Shown here piece after piece: positions 36,399 to 45,529 of a DNA stretch of 64,000 nt. Source of the stretch: a virus. The notes under the pieces were generated by a model. It was not told where the DNA came from. It did no database searches and was given only the letters and a program-made list of their open reading frames with translations. A program made the position numbers and the translations under genes. Position 1 is the stretch's first letter; each line of letters begins with the position of its first letter. The DNA is taken from the IMG/VR virus record IMGVR_UViG_3300045911_000567, positions 12,914 to 76,913 of that record. One strand, given 5' to 3'.

Positions 36399-38954
36399 CT
36401 ATCCAAAAAAATATTCTAGTGATGTTTCTTGTTCTGCCTTCCAGTTGATCGCGGCAAGAATGTGTTGCATCGGTTCTAGGAACGCCTTTTCAAACTGTTT
36501 ATCGTAATCGACATACTTATGTAAGTTTAATTCTTGCGGAAGTCCAGTTTCAGGAACAGCTATTACATGTGATTGAACGGGATTTGGCTCTCTTAAATAC
36601 ATAAACTTAATCTTATCACCATCACGAATCAAAGGCAAAATTTTATCTAATCCTTTTGAATTAACAAAATGATTGTATAATAAAGCCCCTCGAACATGAA
36701 TTGGAGTTCCTCCCTTAAAAAGTTCGACCTCATCTGTATATTTGACTAATCCATTCATGCCACGAGGAAAAGCTACATCTGCCGGATTTAAGGTTCTAAA
36801 TTCCTCTTTTTTTTCTGATATAAATTTTTGTAGGGTTGCTTCATCTGTATCAAATATGAGCTGGGTTGCCTCAGTAATATACCTTCGACATATTTCTGGA
36901 GTTGATGATCGAACCGCTTCAATGCCCATGATCTTTAATTTTTTCTTTCGTATGCCTTCAATATCATATGTGTTGAGCATATATCTCTTCTTGGCAGTCC
37001 ATACCCCTTTGTTGGCAATGACTTCTCGTTTCATGTTGATTGACTGAGAATAGCAATTCAAATATTCACTAAGCGCAAAAGCGGATTTTGATATAACTGG
37101 CTTTATCTTATTTTCAGAGAATTGATCCAATACATCTACTATTTTATCATTAGAATCTAATTTTAATTGCTTGATCAAATCTCCTAAAGTAATATAGATG
37201 GAGTCTGTGTCTATGGCAACAATTCGATTCTTATTATCTTTCATCAGAGAGGATAGATATAGATCAACGTCTTTTGCAATCCACTTAATAGCAAGTTGAC
37301 CAGATAGGGTTACGGCTTCGGCAAGTCGAGTGTCATAAAATCGAAAATAATTGGTTCCCATTGCTCCGTATGCCGAATTCAATTGAATCTTTTTCGTCAA
37401 TTGAAAATTGTTGTATTTAGAAACATCAAATTCGAGTTGTTTAACTTTATTTTTAAGATTAATGTCGTCTGGTCGTATTTGAAGTATCTTCAATGTTTCT
37501 TCTAATTCCCGCTTTGCCTCTGCAAGTTTTTTCTTATATAACTTTCGATCTTCTATCATTCGGTTTAATATGTCAGGTAAAAACCCTCTTTTTTCTTTAC
37601 TGAAAGTAAACCCATTGACCGCTAGAGTTTCGTCTTTCTCGTTCAAAAACTTGGTATCAATTTTTTTATTGAGTAGGTCGTCTACATTATATTCATCTCT
37701 CTCTTCGATGTATTTAAATGTATCGGAAACAAAAGTTCCTGTAATTGTTTCAGGAGAAATATTAAACTGAACAATAAGGTGTGGATATAATGAATCTATG
37801 TCAAAAGAAACTATCCAATCATACATACCGGGAATAACATCCTTGACATAGGCTCCTGCGTATTTTTCTAATTTATTTTTATGTTCATGCTGGGGTAGAA
37901 CTAGATTGTGCTGTTTAAAATAGTTGAAGATAATCGAATCCCACAATCTTACTTGAGTGAAAACGTCTGTGTAATTAGTCTTTGCATCATATGCAATATT
38001 GATACTCATTTCTATCAACTTCAATTTTTCTTCGAGGCGATATACTAACTCAACATCTTTGATGTTATAATCGATGAACTTCTGATAATTTTCATGATAT
38101 AAGTTATGCAATGAACCATATTCATCATACGATAACTTATGTTCATTCAGTTCGACATATGCAATATAATTCAACTTTTCGCTTTCTTGTTTTGGTTGAA
38201 ACTTTCTATACAACTCATAATAATCAAGAACTGCTATCCCAATCAACTCCACTACGTCTTGTTTTTTTCCTTTGTGTATTACTTGTCTTATGCCGATCTG
38301 CCTCCACGGAGATAACTTTGATGCGGTCTTTTCATCTAAGACTCTAATAATTCTGTTCACTAGATAAGGAAGATCGAAAAATTGAATATTCCAGCCTGAG
38401 ACGATATCTATTTCCTTGGAACGCCACAGTTCTATAAATTTTTTCAATAAGTCTTCTTCACTTTCACAGAAAATAAATTTGACATTATTTCTGGTATTTT
38501 TATATCTATTAAGACCAAAAACAAAATAGCAACCATTAATTAACATAGTAATGGCTGTTATTTTTTGCCAAGGATTTTCGGGAGAGGCATAACCATTTGC
38601 TGTATCAACTTCTATATCAATATATGCGGTATTGATATATTTAAAATCATAGTCTATCTTTTGCTCTTTGTGGTAATCTGCTATGAATGCATAAATGAAT
38701 TTCGTGTTACCAAAAAAGGATAAATTTGAGATGTCCTTGGTTTCCCGTATGAACCTATTTGCATCAGAGATCGATTCGAATTGAATTCTTTCTACTGGCT
38801 CGTCTTGTAATGTTTTATAGTCAGTGGGCTTGTTTGTTTTGACGAACAATGATGGTTTGTATTCAATTTTTTTCTTGACCCGTTCTCCGTTTGAAACGCC
38901 ACGGTATAAAATATTATTCCCCAATAGGGATACATTAGTATAAAACTCAGACAT
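36399..38954 (-). CDS. gp43: Family B DNA polymerase
   Basis: Exonuclease DIEV, FD.PY, YNIKD; polymerase SFDIDSLYP, KIQLNSAYG, DTDS. Confidence 0.98.
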   Translation of the reverse strand: MSEFYTNVSLLGNNILYRGVSNGERVKKKIEYKPSLFVKTNKPTDYKTLQDEPVERIQFESISDANRFIRETKDISNLSFFGNTKFIYAFIADYHKEQKIDYDFKYINTAYIDIEVDTANGYASPENPWQKITAITMLINGCYFVFGLNRYKNTRNNVKFIFCESEEDLLKKFIELWRSKEIDIVSGWNIQFFDLPYLVNRIIRVLDEKTASKLSPWRQIGIRQVIHKGKKQDVVELIGIAVLDYYELYRKFQPKQESEKLNYIAYVELNEHKLSYDEYGSLHNLYHENYQKFIDYNIKDVELVYRLEEKLKLIEMSINIAYDAKTNYTDVFTQVRLWDSIIFNYFKQHNLVLPQHEHKNKLEKYAGAYVKDVIPGMYDWIVSFDIDSLYPHLIVQFNISPETITGTFVSDTFKYIEERDEYNVDDLLNKKIDTKFLNEKDETLAVNGFTFSKEKRGFLPDILNRMIEDRKLYKKKLAEAKRELEETLKILQIRPDDINLKNKVKQLEFDVSKYNNFQLTKKIQLNSAYGAMGTNYFRFYDTRLAEAVTLSGQLAIKWIAKDVDLYLSSLMKDNKNRIVAIDTDSIYITLGDLIKQLKLDSNDKIVDVLDQFSENKIKPVISKSAFALSEYLNCYSQSINMKREVIANKGVWTAKKRYMLNTYDIEGIRKKKLKIMGIEAVRSSTPEICRRYITEATQLIFDTDEATLQKFISEKKEEFRTLNPADVAFPRGMNGLVKYTDEVELFKGGTPIHVRGALLYNHFVNSKGLDKILPLIRDGDKIKFMYLREPNPVQSHVIAVPETGLPQELNLHKYVDYDKQFEKAFLEPMQHILAAINWKAEQETSLEYFFG

Positions 38955-38977
38955 ATGTGATTATATAGCACGTATTT

Positions 38978-39283
38978 CTAGCGTGGACTAATAATTTGGG
39001 ACGACGGCGTAATTATTTTACTGTGTATTTTCTGATAATGTTGAACTATCGAGGATGCCGGCTCATATGTAAAAAGTACCTTATCTTTACTAATCACAAA
39101 ACTTGTTTCGGCAGCAAAAGGCAAAAAGGGATGAAACTGGACACCGATACTGCCTCTGTCATTCGACGGAGTTGGAATTATTACAGTAGGATTTATTAAT
39201 CTATAACTTGAACCGAGATCCTCAAATTCTGCTAACACCTCAACCGATGTTTGTAGAGCAAATATCATTATCTTCTGAGCCAT
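38978..39283 (-). CDS. Conserved small beta-rich protein upstream of gp43
   Basis: EVLAE..L.NP..PFLPF..Y.KI.SKIITP. Confidence 0.65.
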   Translation of the reverse strand: MAQKIMIFALQTSVEVLAEFEDLGSSYRLINPTVIIPTPSNDRGSIGVQFHPFLPFAAETSFVISKDKVLFTYEPASSIVQHYQKIHSKIITPSSQIISPR

Positions 39284-39792
39284 CGTCTCCTCTTGCTTGG
39301 TTGTTCTGCGACTTCTTCGGGTTTTGTTTTCGGTTCCTCAACTCTAATCGGCGTGTCGAATAATCTCTTTTCCGCTTCTCTTCTTCTAACCAGACCCGGC
39401 AGCACTTGACCGTTAGCTCTTGTCCATCTCAATAATTGTTCGCTTGCGCCCTCATAGTTTCCACTATTCAATAACTTCAGTAAAGTGGATGATCGAAAAT
39501 TACCTTCTCCTACATTATACACAAAAGACACTAATGCGTCAAATTGATTTTGATTTAATTCAACTGTTGTGTGTCTTGTAACCGCTGCCTCAAATGCTTT
39601 TAAATCCTCCTTCAATAGACGTTCGGCCTCTTCGACTGTAATTTTTGTGCCCAAGTTAATGGGCTTTCCATTAATTCTGGTAGTTCCATATCCTATTGTT
39701 ACCACTTTTGCAGGACACAGATACGCTTCGAGTTTTAGTCCCTCGAAGTGTTTTATTATACTAAGACCATTATTACTTGTCTTCATGCTCAT
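39268..39792 (-). CDS. GH24 phage lysozyme (endolysin)
   Basis: FEGL.L.AY.CP...TIGYG, NQFDALVSF.YN.G, GLVRRR.AE. Confidence 0.93.
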   Translation of the reverse strand: MSMKTSNNGLSIIKHFEGLKLEAYLCPAKVVTIGYGTTRINGKPINLGTKITVEEAERLLKEDLKAFEAAVTRHTTVELNQNQFDALVSFVYNVGEGNFRSSTLLKLLNSGNYEGASEQLLRWTRANGQVLPGLVRRREAEKRLFDTPIRVEEPKTKPEEVAEQPSKRRRWLRR

Positions 39793-40447
39793 GTGAAAAT
39801 CCCTTCTTATTTACTTCAATTATTATAGGATCATTAACTAGTGCATATCTATGATCTAACATCGAAACATTATAAAAACTTATGCCATCGACTGATGTGT
39901 GTCCATATGCCTCATGTATATGACCAAAAATATGAAACTTCGGCTTAATCTTCAACACCCGTTCCAATAGTGCTTGACATCCCACGGATTGTCCGGAAAC
40001 AGTTTTATCGAGTATTCCTTTCGGAGGACCGTGTGTTATTAAAAAGTCTATATCGTCGGGTATTAAATCCCAATAATAATGCATTTCATCGCGGGAAGCC
40101 ATAAATGCCCAATTATAAAATTCCGGAGTCATCGGAGACCCCCAGAATTTCACTTCATCTATTATATAACCAGAATTTTCCAAATATACAATACCACTCG
40201 ATTCTAAAATGGCTATAGCTTCATGTTTTGGAATTTTTGCACGAGGATGTCTGTCGAAAGATAAATCATGATTACCAGCTATAACTAACTTATGTTGATA
40301 TTGTTTCTTTGAGAGAATTTCAGCAAATTTTATTATGTCTCGCTTCTCTCCCACGGACGAAAGATCGCCTGCGAAAACTAAAACATCCGCATCAGGAAGT
40401 TCAAAATTGCTGATGCCATGCGTATCGCTGAACGCTAAGACTTTCAT
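39773..40447 (-). CDS. Metallophosphoesterase
   Basis: SDTH, AGD, GNHD, THGPP, FGHIHE. Confidence 0.9.
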   Translation of the reverse strand: MKVLAFSDTHGISNFELPDADVLVFAGDLSSVGEKRDIIKFAEILSKKQYQHKLVIAGNHDLSFDRHPRAKIPKHEAIAILESSGIVYLENSGYIIDEVKFWGSPMTPEFYNWAFMASRDEMHYYWDLIPDDIDFLITHGPPKGILDKTVSGQSVGCQALLERVLKIKPKFHIFGHIHEAYGHTSVDGISFYNVSMLDHRYALVNDPIIIEVNKKGFSHEHEDK

Positions 40448-40911
40448 GATTTTCCTGTGCTGCCAAAACCACCGGTCCGGTTGCCTTTCAAAGCCGGTTT
40501 TTGTTTTGTTTCCTTAATAGTGAATCGTAAATCTTTTACAATTTCTCCTTGAGCAATTCTATCACCATGCTGAATTATCGCAATTTTTTCTGGATGAAGA
40601 TTTATCAATGCAACGAAAATTTGATCCACATAATCAGCGTCAATAATACCTTGACCATTAATTAAAGTCAGTCCATCTCTGGCTGCAAGACCGGATCTGG
40701 CATGAATTCGTAAGGAATATCCTTCGGGTAAATCTACAAACAGCCCAGTAGGAACTAGAAACTTTTCTCCTGGGCGTAGGGTAATTGTTGAGTCTCTGTT
40801 GTCGAAGTGTGCTCTAATGTCAAAACATGCAGACTGTAGTGTTGAATATTCTGGCAACCTTGCTCCTTCGGCAAGATAAAATTTTACCTCATTTTTTCTT
40901 TTTGCTTCCAA
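40444..40911 (-). CDS. dut: Trimeric dUTPase
   Basis: ACFDI, RSGLA, GIIDADY, DRIAQ, RTGGFGSTG. Confidence 0.95.
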   Translation of the reverse strand: MEAKRKNEVKFYLAEGARLPEYSTLQSACFDIRAHFDNRDSTITLRPGEKFLVPTGLFVDLPEGYSLRIHARSGLAARDGLTLINGQGIIDADYVDQIFVALINLHPEKIAIIQHGDRIAQGEIVKDLRFTIKETKQKPALKGNRTGGFGSTGKS

Positions 40912-41302
40912 TGTTATATTTTGCCTCTAATTGCCATTCATTTTTTTCCTTGAAGGATAGTATTTTTAAATTCCCCACGGGAATTGTTTTTTCTACCCGG
41001 TTCTTGTCACGAATAACCAATAAATTCCATTCTTCAAGAATTTTTACAATAGTGTTTCTTCGTGCTATGTCGTCGTCTGTTAGAGTTGCTTGCTTTCCAT
41101 CAAGTTTGAATAACTCCTTGAAATGTAGTATAGCATATTCTCCGCGCTTATGCAAGATATGGCAACTCTGAAAAAGTTTTTTTTCTTTTGCCGAAGATAT
41201 TCCAATGCGAGTGAGTGTCTCGCGGATTTTAAGGAAATCCTTCTGATCTATAAGATTTATGCGAACGCCCAAACCTAGAAAAACATCATTATCTACAATC
41301 AT
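40889..41302 (-). CDS. regA: Translational repressor RegA
   Basis: FLKIRETLTRIGI, QSCHILHKRG.Y.I.HFKELF.LDG. Confidence 0.96.
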   Translation of the reverse strand: MIVDNDVFLGLGVRINLIDQKDFLKIRETLTRIGISSAKEKKLFQSCHILHKRGEYAILHFKELFKLDGKQATLTDDDIARRNTIVKILEEWNLLVIRDKNRVEKTIPVGNLKILSFKEKNEWQLEAKYNIGSKKKK

Positions 41303-41331
41303 AATAATCCACCGATAAAATATTACTATCT

Positions 41332-41338
41332 TATTTAG
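41332..41338 (-). promoter_or_regulatory. Late promoter CTAAATA upstream of regA-dut-MPE-lysozyme
   Basis: Motif lies in the intergenic gap. Confidence 0.55.
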
Positions 41339-41344
41339 TGGATA

Positions 41345-41509
41345 TTAAATTCTAAATAATCGTTTCCATAGAGATTTTTTCGGAGGATATAGCTTTTTAA
41401 ATATGGGCAATAGCAATTTTTCACAGTCTTTAAGAGACTGTTTATTATCTTCAAGTTGTTTTAATATCTCTAAAAGAAGTTTATTTCTTTCTGCTTCTTC
41501 TCTGTTCAC
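41345..41509 (-). CDS. 54-aa hypothetical protein (not in ORF track)
   Basis: GTG start with GGAG RBS; MNREEAERNKLLLEILKQL...SLWKRLFRI fills the gp62-regA gap. Confidence 0.55.
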   Translation of the reverse strand: MNREEAERNKLLLEILKQLEDNKQSLKDCEKLLLPIFKKLYPPKKSLWKRLFRI

Positions 41510-41957
41510 TAACTCCACCCGTTTCGTATGTCTTTTTTATTGCTGCTATCTGATCTTCATTATGCAAATGGAGAACTTCTTTGGCTCTCCTTCTACTGTA
41601 TGTATAATATTTCATCAATAGTTCTACTGTTTCGTCCTTGGGAGACTTATGCCACTTTAGGTATCTTTTACTAGGTCTAATTGAATGTAAATAATAATCA
41701 TATTGTAGTCGTATTGGTGCCCTATGGTGACAATTCATCTCCTCAGCATATAATATCGTGGAAACATCGGCTGAAAGAAATCGATTGATTAGATAAGGAA
41801 CATACTTACTCTGATTCTCTTCGGTAAGAATATCTTTCTTCTCTTTAGTTATGTCATTGAGAAAATCGAAAAGCTCTGTTCCTTTCTCTTTAAGTGAAGG
41901 CTCTTCTGACTCAGACTCATTCTTTAAAAGATCAAAAATGTTCATGCGAATTCGCAA
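41481..41957 (-). CDS. gp62: Clamp loader small subunit
   Basis: YVPYLINRFLS, A.EMN, QYDY, KYY.YS..A. Confidence 0.92.
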   Translation of the reverse strand: MRIRMNIFDLLKNESESEEPSLKEKGTELFDFLNDITKEKKDILTEENQSKYVPYLINRFLSADVSTILYAEEMNCHHRAPIRLQYDYYLHSIRPSKRYLKWHKSPKDETVELLMKYYTYSRRRAKEVLHLHNEDQIAAIKKTYETGGVSEQRRSRKK

Positions 41958-42880
41958 TCAACCATGATTCTGATTAGACATGCCATTAGTGTAATTTCTT
42001 GATCTGCACTTCTCGAACTTCTGTCGAGAGCATCATCTATATGAATAACAGCAGCAGGAATAGATTGTGGTTTTAGTACACTCTTCAATGAGTCGTATAT
42101 CTTTCGATATATCCTAGCAGGATCATTGTCGCTATTTTCTATTACCCACTCGTGAACTTTATTATATTTCTGCTCCTTAAGTGCCGTTATAAGTTTACTC
42201 AATGAGATATCCTGAACTGCTGAAAGTATCGCTTCGGAAATTTCCCCATTCCTCTGTGCAAATGTTTGCAGTTCATTAACGGTCCGCCTAAAATCGGGAA
42301 AAAACTTCATCACAACATGAGCGAGGACCTTAGAATCAAAAGTCACCGACTCCTTCTTTAGTATCATGGCAACTCTTTTATAGAATTCTTCTATGATTGC
42401 TTCTTTATCTTCGCTTGGAATTTTAAAATCTTTAACAGCACATCTAGATTGTAGCGGAACAATTATTCTATCTTTATAATTACATGTTAAAATAAAAGCA
42501 CAATTCGAAGCGCATTGTTCCATTACTCCTCTAAGACCCGCTTGAGCATTGGGAGAGAGAAAATCTGCTTCGTCATAAATCAAAACTCGTCTTCCGCCAG
42601 AAAATGATAGAGCAGATGCAAATGTAGTTATAGTGTTTCTAACATCATCAATGCTGTTATCTGTAGAACCATTCAGCATCATCCACTCAAGACCAAGCTC
42701 ATTACATATAGCTTTTGCTACTGTCGTTTTTCCAGAGCCTTGTTGACCAACTAGCAGTAAATGTGGAACATCACCAGATTTGACAATCCCTCGAAAGATT
42801 TCTTTGAGAGATTTTGGTAATATGCACTCATCAATAGTAGCTGGACGGTATTTCTCCGTCCATAAAATATGCTCTCTCAT
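41942..42880 (-). CDS. gp44: Clamp loader large subunit
   Basis: WTEKYRP, GSGKTT, DEAD, SRC, FPDFRR. Confidence 0.96.
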   Translation of the reverse strand: MREHILWTEKYRPATIDECILPKSLKEIFRGIVKSGDVPHLLLVGQQGSGKTTVAKAICNELGLEWMMLNGSTDNSIDDVRNTITTFASALSFSGGRRVLIYDEADFLSPNAQAGLRGVMEQCASNCAFILTCNYKDRIIVPLQSRCAVKDFKIPSEDKEAIIEEFYKRVAMILKKESVTFDSKVLAHVVMKFFPDFRRTVNELQTFAQRNGEISEAILSAVQDISLSKLITALKEQKYNKVHEWVIENSDNDPARIYRKIYDSLKSVLKPQSIPAAVIHIDDALDRSSRSADQEITLMACLIRIMVDCEFA

Positions 42881-42892
42881 TGAAATATCGGA

Positions 42893-43246
42893 TTACTTTT
42901 TTTCTTCTTCTGATTGTAAGCGATTTTTGGTATCTAAGTCAAGTTCTTGCATCAATTTATTTGTCGTTTCTGCTGCCAAAATCAGTAATTCATCTGCACT
43001 ATGTTTCCTTCCCACCAATCGGTTATCTTTTTCGAGAAGAACTGTTGTTATAGCAGAGAATACTACACTTTTCGAGAGAAGATAGAGATTATATTTAATA
43101 TAATCTGCTATAATCAATCCTTGCTGTACTGCGGCATTATTAAATTTAACCGACTCTGATAAAGCATCAACTCTCATTGAAAGCTCAGCAAGACTTATCG
43201 GTGCATTCTGTGTTGTCTTATTTTCCGCCTGTTTCGCTTTTTTCAT
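42893..43246 (-). CDS. Hypothetical protein
   Basis: ORF between gp45 and gp44. Confidence 0.55.
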   Translation of the reverse strand: MKKAKQAENKTTQNAPISLAELSMRVDALSESVKFNNAAVQQGLIIADYIKYNLYLLSKSVVFSAITTVLLEKDNRLVGRKHSADELLILAAETTNKLMQELDLDTKNRLQSEEEKK

Positions 43247-43469
43247 TTTCTTTCTCCTGTAAAATTTCTAAAGTTGTTTTCCACTGTGATAGTTTTTGTT
43301 CTAGCTTGACTCTTCGCTTAGAAGATTTCACAGAGGCTAATTGTTTTTCCAAAGATTCTATTGCTCCTTGTGCATATAGAACCGGAAACGCAAGTAACTT
43401 GATGTGGTTTGGCAATGTCATGAAAACCGACTCTCCTTTTCGAGTGCCACCCAATATTGAATCGGACAT
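43218..43469 (-). CDS. Hypothetical protein (probable start MTLPNH)
   Basis: Overlaps the gp45 stop. Confidence 0.5.
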   Translation of the reverse strand: MSDSILGGTRKGESVFMTLPNHIKLLAFPVLYAQGAIESLEKQLASVKSSKRRVKLEQKLSQWKTTLEILQEKENEKSETGGK

Positions 43470-44098
43470 GAAAGGTTCTTAAAATTGCCAACTATGACAC
43501 CCGATTTTCCTTCTGCTTTAGAAAATGCTACTTCATAATCGCCATCGACAATCTTTAAGTTCTCTACCTTGATGACAAGCCGAAAATTTTTGTTGGGATT
43601 GACTGATACATCAACTTTAAACGCATCTGTCGCGCTGTTGTTAATATCTTGTACGTTTACCCTGATACTATCTCCAGAAGATTCCACAACTAGATGCGGA
43701 GCTTTCAATATCAATGCGGCTTTCTGTAGTATAGATAATTCTTCTTTCTTGAGAGTGAATTTAATCTGCGCTTCAGGCACCTCGATGTTTTTGGACAAAC
43801 CCTTGACGGTGCTAGGATCCGCAAAACCATAGCGAATTGATTTATTTCCGGCTTTAACTAATAAATGATCATCTTTAATTTCAAAATCAGGATCATTAAA
43901 TAAGCTCTCTATTGCCAGAAATTTATTCAAATCATATATCGTAAAGTCTCTTGGTATTTCCTCTTTGATTACCGCCTCTGCAACAATCGAACTCTTCGGA
44001 CTGATAGTTTTTAAAACCGTGCCCTGTTTAAAATGCAGACCAGTATTAATCTCTGCAAAATTTTTTAAAATAGCAAATGTGTCTTTTGAGAATTTCAT
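43418..44098 (-). CDS. gp45: Sliding clamp
   Basis: LKNFA.IN, F.IYDLN.FL, ENLK...DY.V, YWVALE. Confidence 0.95.
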   Translation of the reverse strand: MKFSKDTFAILKNFAEINTGLHFKQGTVLKTISPKSSIVAEAVIKEEIPRDFTIYDLNKFLAIESLFNDPDFEIKDDHLLVKAGNKSIRYGFADPSTVKGLSKNIEVPEAQIKFTLKKEELSILQKAALILKAPHLVVESSGDSIRVNVQDINNSATDAFKVDVSVNPNKNFRLVIKVENLKIVDGDYEVAFSKAEGKSGVIVGNFKNLSCPIQYWVALEKESRFS

Positions 44099-44107
44099 AA
44101 TTAAATT

Positions 44108-44136
44108 AAAAATAAGGGGCGGCGCTCGGCCGCCCC
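44108..44136 (-). terminator. Intrinsic terminator
   Basis: GGGGCGGC-N5-GCCGCCCC followed by TTATTTTT. Confidence 0.85.
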
Positions 44137-44142
44137 ACTGAA

Positions 44143-44388
44143 TTATGCCAATGCGTTAGTGTTGAGTCTGTAAGCTGTAACCTTACGCTTAACGAAGCGA
44201 TTGCCCTGCTTACGAACTACATTAACCTTATTGGTATAAATCGGAAAACCATCTTCCCTCAACTCAAAAATTCTTGCTGAGAGTCGATTGATTCCTAGCT
44301 TTTGCTTTGCTTCATCAACAGGAAGGTTCTTTCCCGTTAGAAGTCTGTTTAACAGTCTTTTTGATTGTGTTTGTGTTTTGCGTGCCAT
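44143..44388 (-). CDS. Winged helix-turn-helix DNA-binding protein
   Basis: GINRLSARIFELREDGFPIYT..AYRL; flanked by its own promoter, AGGAG RBS and terminator. Confidence 0.8.
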   Translation of the reverse strand: MARKTQTQSKRLLNRLLTGKNLPVDEAKQKLGINRLSARIFELREDGFPIYTNKVNVVRKQGNRFVKRKVTAYRLNTNALA

Positions 44389-44453
44389 GTTTCTCCTATA
44401 ATAATATTATGCAAGGCTCTGTTACTATATCATACCTCTTATTAAAATCAAAT

Positions 44454-44481
44454 AAAAAAGAGGGAGGCGATTGCCTCCCTC
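44454..44481 (-). terminator. Intrinsic terminator
   Basis: GAGGGAGGC-N4-GCCTCCCTC followed by T6. Confidence 0.85.
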
Positions 44482-44514
44482 TCCAAACTACTTCTTCGAT
44501 GTGGGGAATATGGA

Positions 44515-45465
44515 TTAAGAAGAAGTTGCTTGTTCGAATATGTCCTTGAGCGAATTGGTTCGCTTCTCTTCCTTTTTCTTTAATGCTTCGAGTTCCTCTT
44601 GCTGTAATTGCTTTGCTCTAAGTACACTTTCATCTAGTATAGATTCATCAAACTTTTCATATAATTCCATAAACGCTTGCTTATTATGTGAATCAAACCT
44701 AGATATACACAACTCAATTGCCTTTCGTTTATCTTTCAATATAGAAAATGCTTTCACAATATGAACTAATCTACGAGTAGTAATGATTTCCGAAGAGACA
44801 TCAGCATAAAAATTCTGTCTGGATTGAGCTGCCCAATCAAGAAGAGCACGCACAAAAGCAGGATCTTTGATTCCTTCGTGCTCTAAAACTAAATTGAGTA
44901 TTTTTTCTTCAACCCTAGAATCGGGATAATTATGTTCAAATGTTACAGGAAATCTTTCCAAGAACGCTTCGTTCATTATATTAGTTCCAATAAACTTTCC
45001 GGACTCGGATCCTTGTCCCTTAGTGTTTGCTGTGGCTACTATATTAAATCCTTTTGCTGGTTGAATATATTGATTGATTTTCTTCAAAAAAATGCCCTTG
45101 CCTTCTAATACGGGCTGTAAACACATGATTTTCGTTGAAGCAAGATCCACCTCATCTAACAGTAATACTGCACCAGATTTCATCGCTCTGATTACTGGTC
45201 CATCAAACCACTTAGTAGAATCGTTAATTAGTCTAAATCCTCCCAATAAATCGTCCTCGTCAGTTTCAATCGTGATATTCACTCTAATTAATTCTCTGTT
45301 AGCATGAGCACAAGATTGCTCAATCATAAATGTCTTACCATTTCCGGACAGTCCAGTTACAAACAAGGGATAGAATAGCTTCGACTCTATAATCTTTCTA
45401 ATATCCTCGAATGGTCCGAATTGTACAAAAAGCGGATCTTTAGCCGGTATTGTATTTGTTTCCAT
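44515..45465 (-). CDS. CobS/MoxR-like AAA+ ATPase
   Basis: GLSGNGKT, ETDEDDLLGG, LLDEVD, ATANTKG, AFLERF, TTRRL. Confidence 0.92.
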   Translation of the reverse strand: METNTIPAKDPLFVQFGPFEDIRKIIESKLFYPLFVTGLSGNGKTFMIEQSCAHANRELIRVNITIETDEDDLLGGFRLINDSTKWFDGPVIRAMKSGAVLLLDEVDLASTKIMCLQPVLEGKGIFLKKINQYIQPAKGFNIVATANTKGQGSESGKFIGTNIMNEAFLERFPVTFEHNYPDSRVEEKILNLVLEHEGIKDPAFVRALLDWAAQSRQNFYADVSSEIITTRRLVHIVKAFSILKDKRKAIELCISRFDSHNKQAFMELYEKFDESILDESVLRAKQLQQEELEALKKKEEKRTNSLKDIFEQATSS

Positions 45466-45498
45466 GATTATTCCCCCACTATTTTAATTACTATTATT

Positions 45499-45529
45499 AT
45501 TATACTTTATAACATCAGTTGGTGTCAAG
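45499..45529 (-). promoter_or_regulatory. Sigma70-type promoter
   Basis: TTGACA-N18-TATAAT upstream of the AAA ATPase. Confidence 0.7.

Noticed and set aside
17038-38954. Inteins or introns in nrdJ, gp61, gp41, uvsX or gp43
   Set aside because: The proteins have normal lengths and contiguous motifs.
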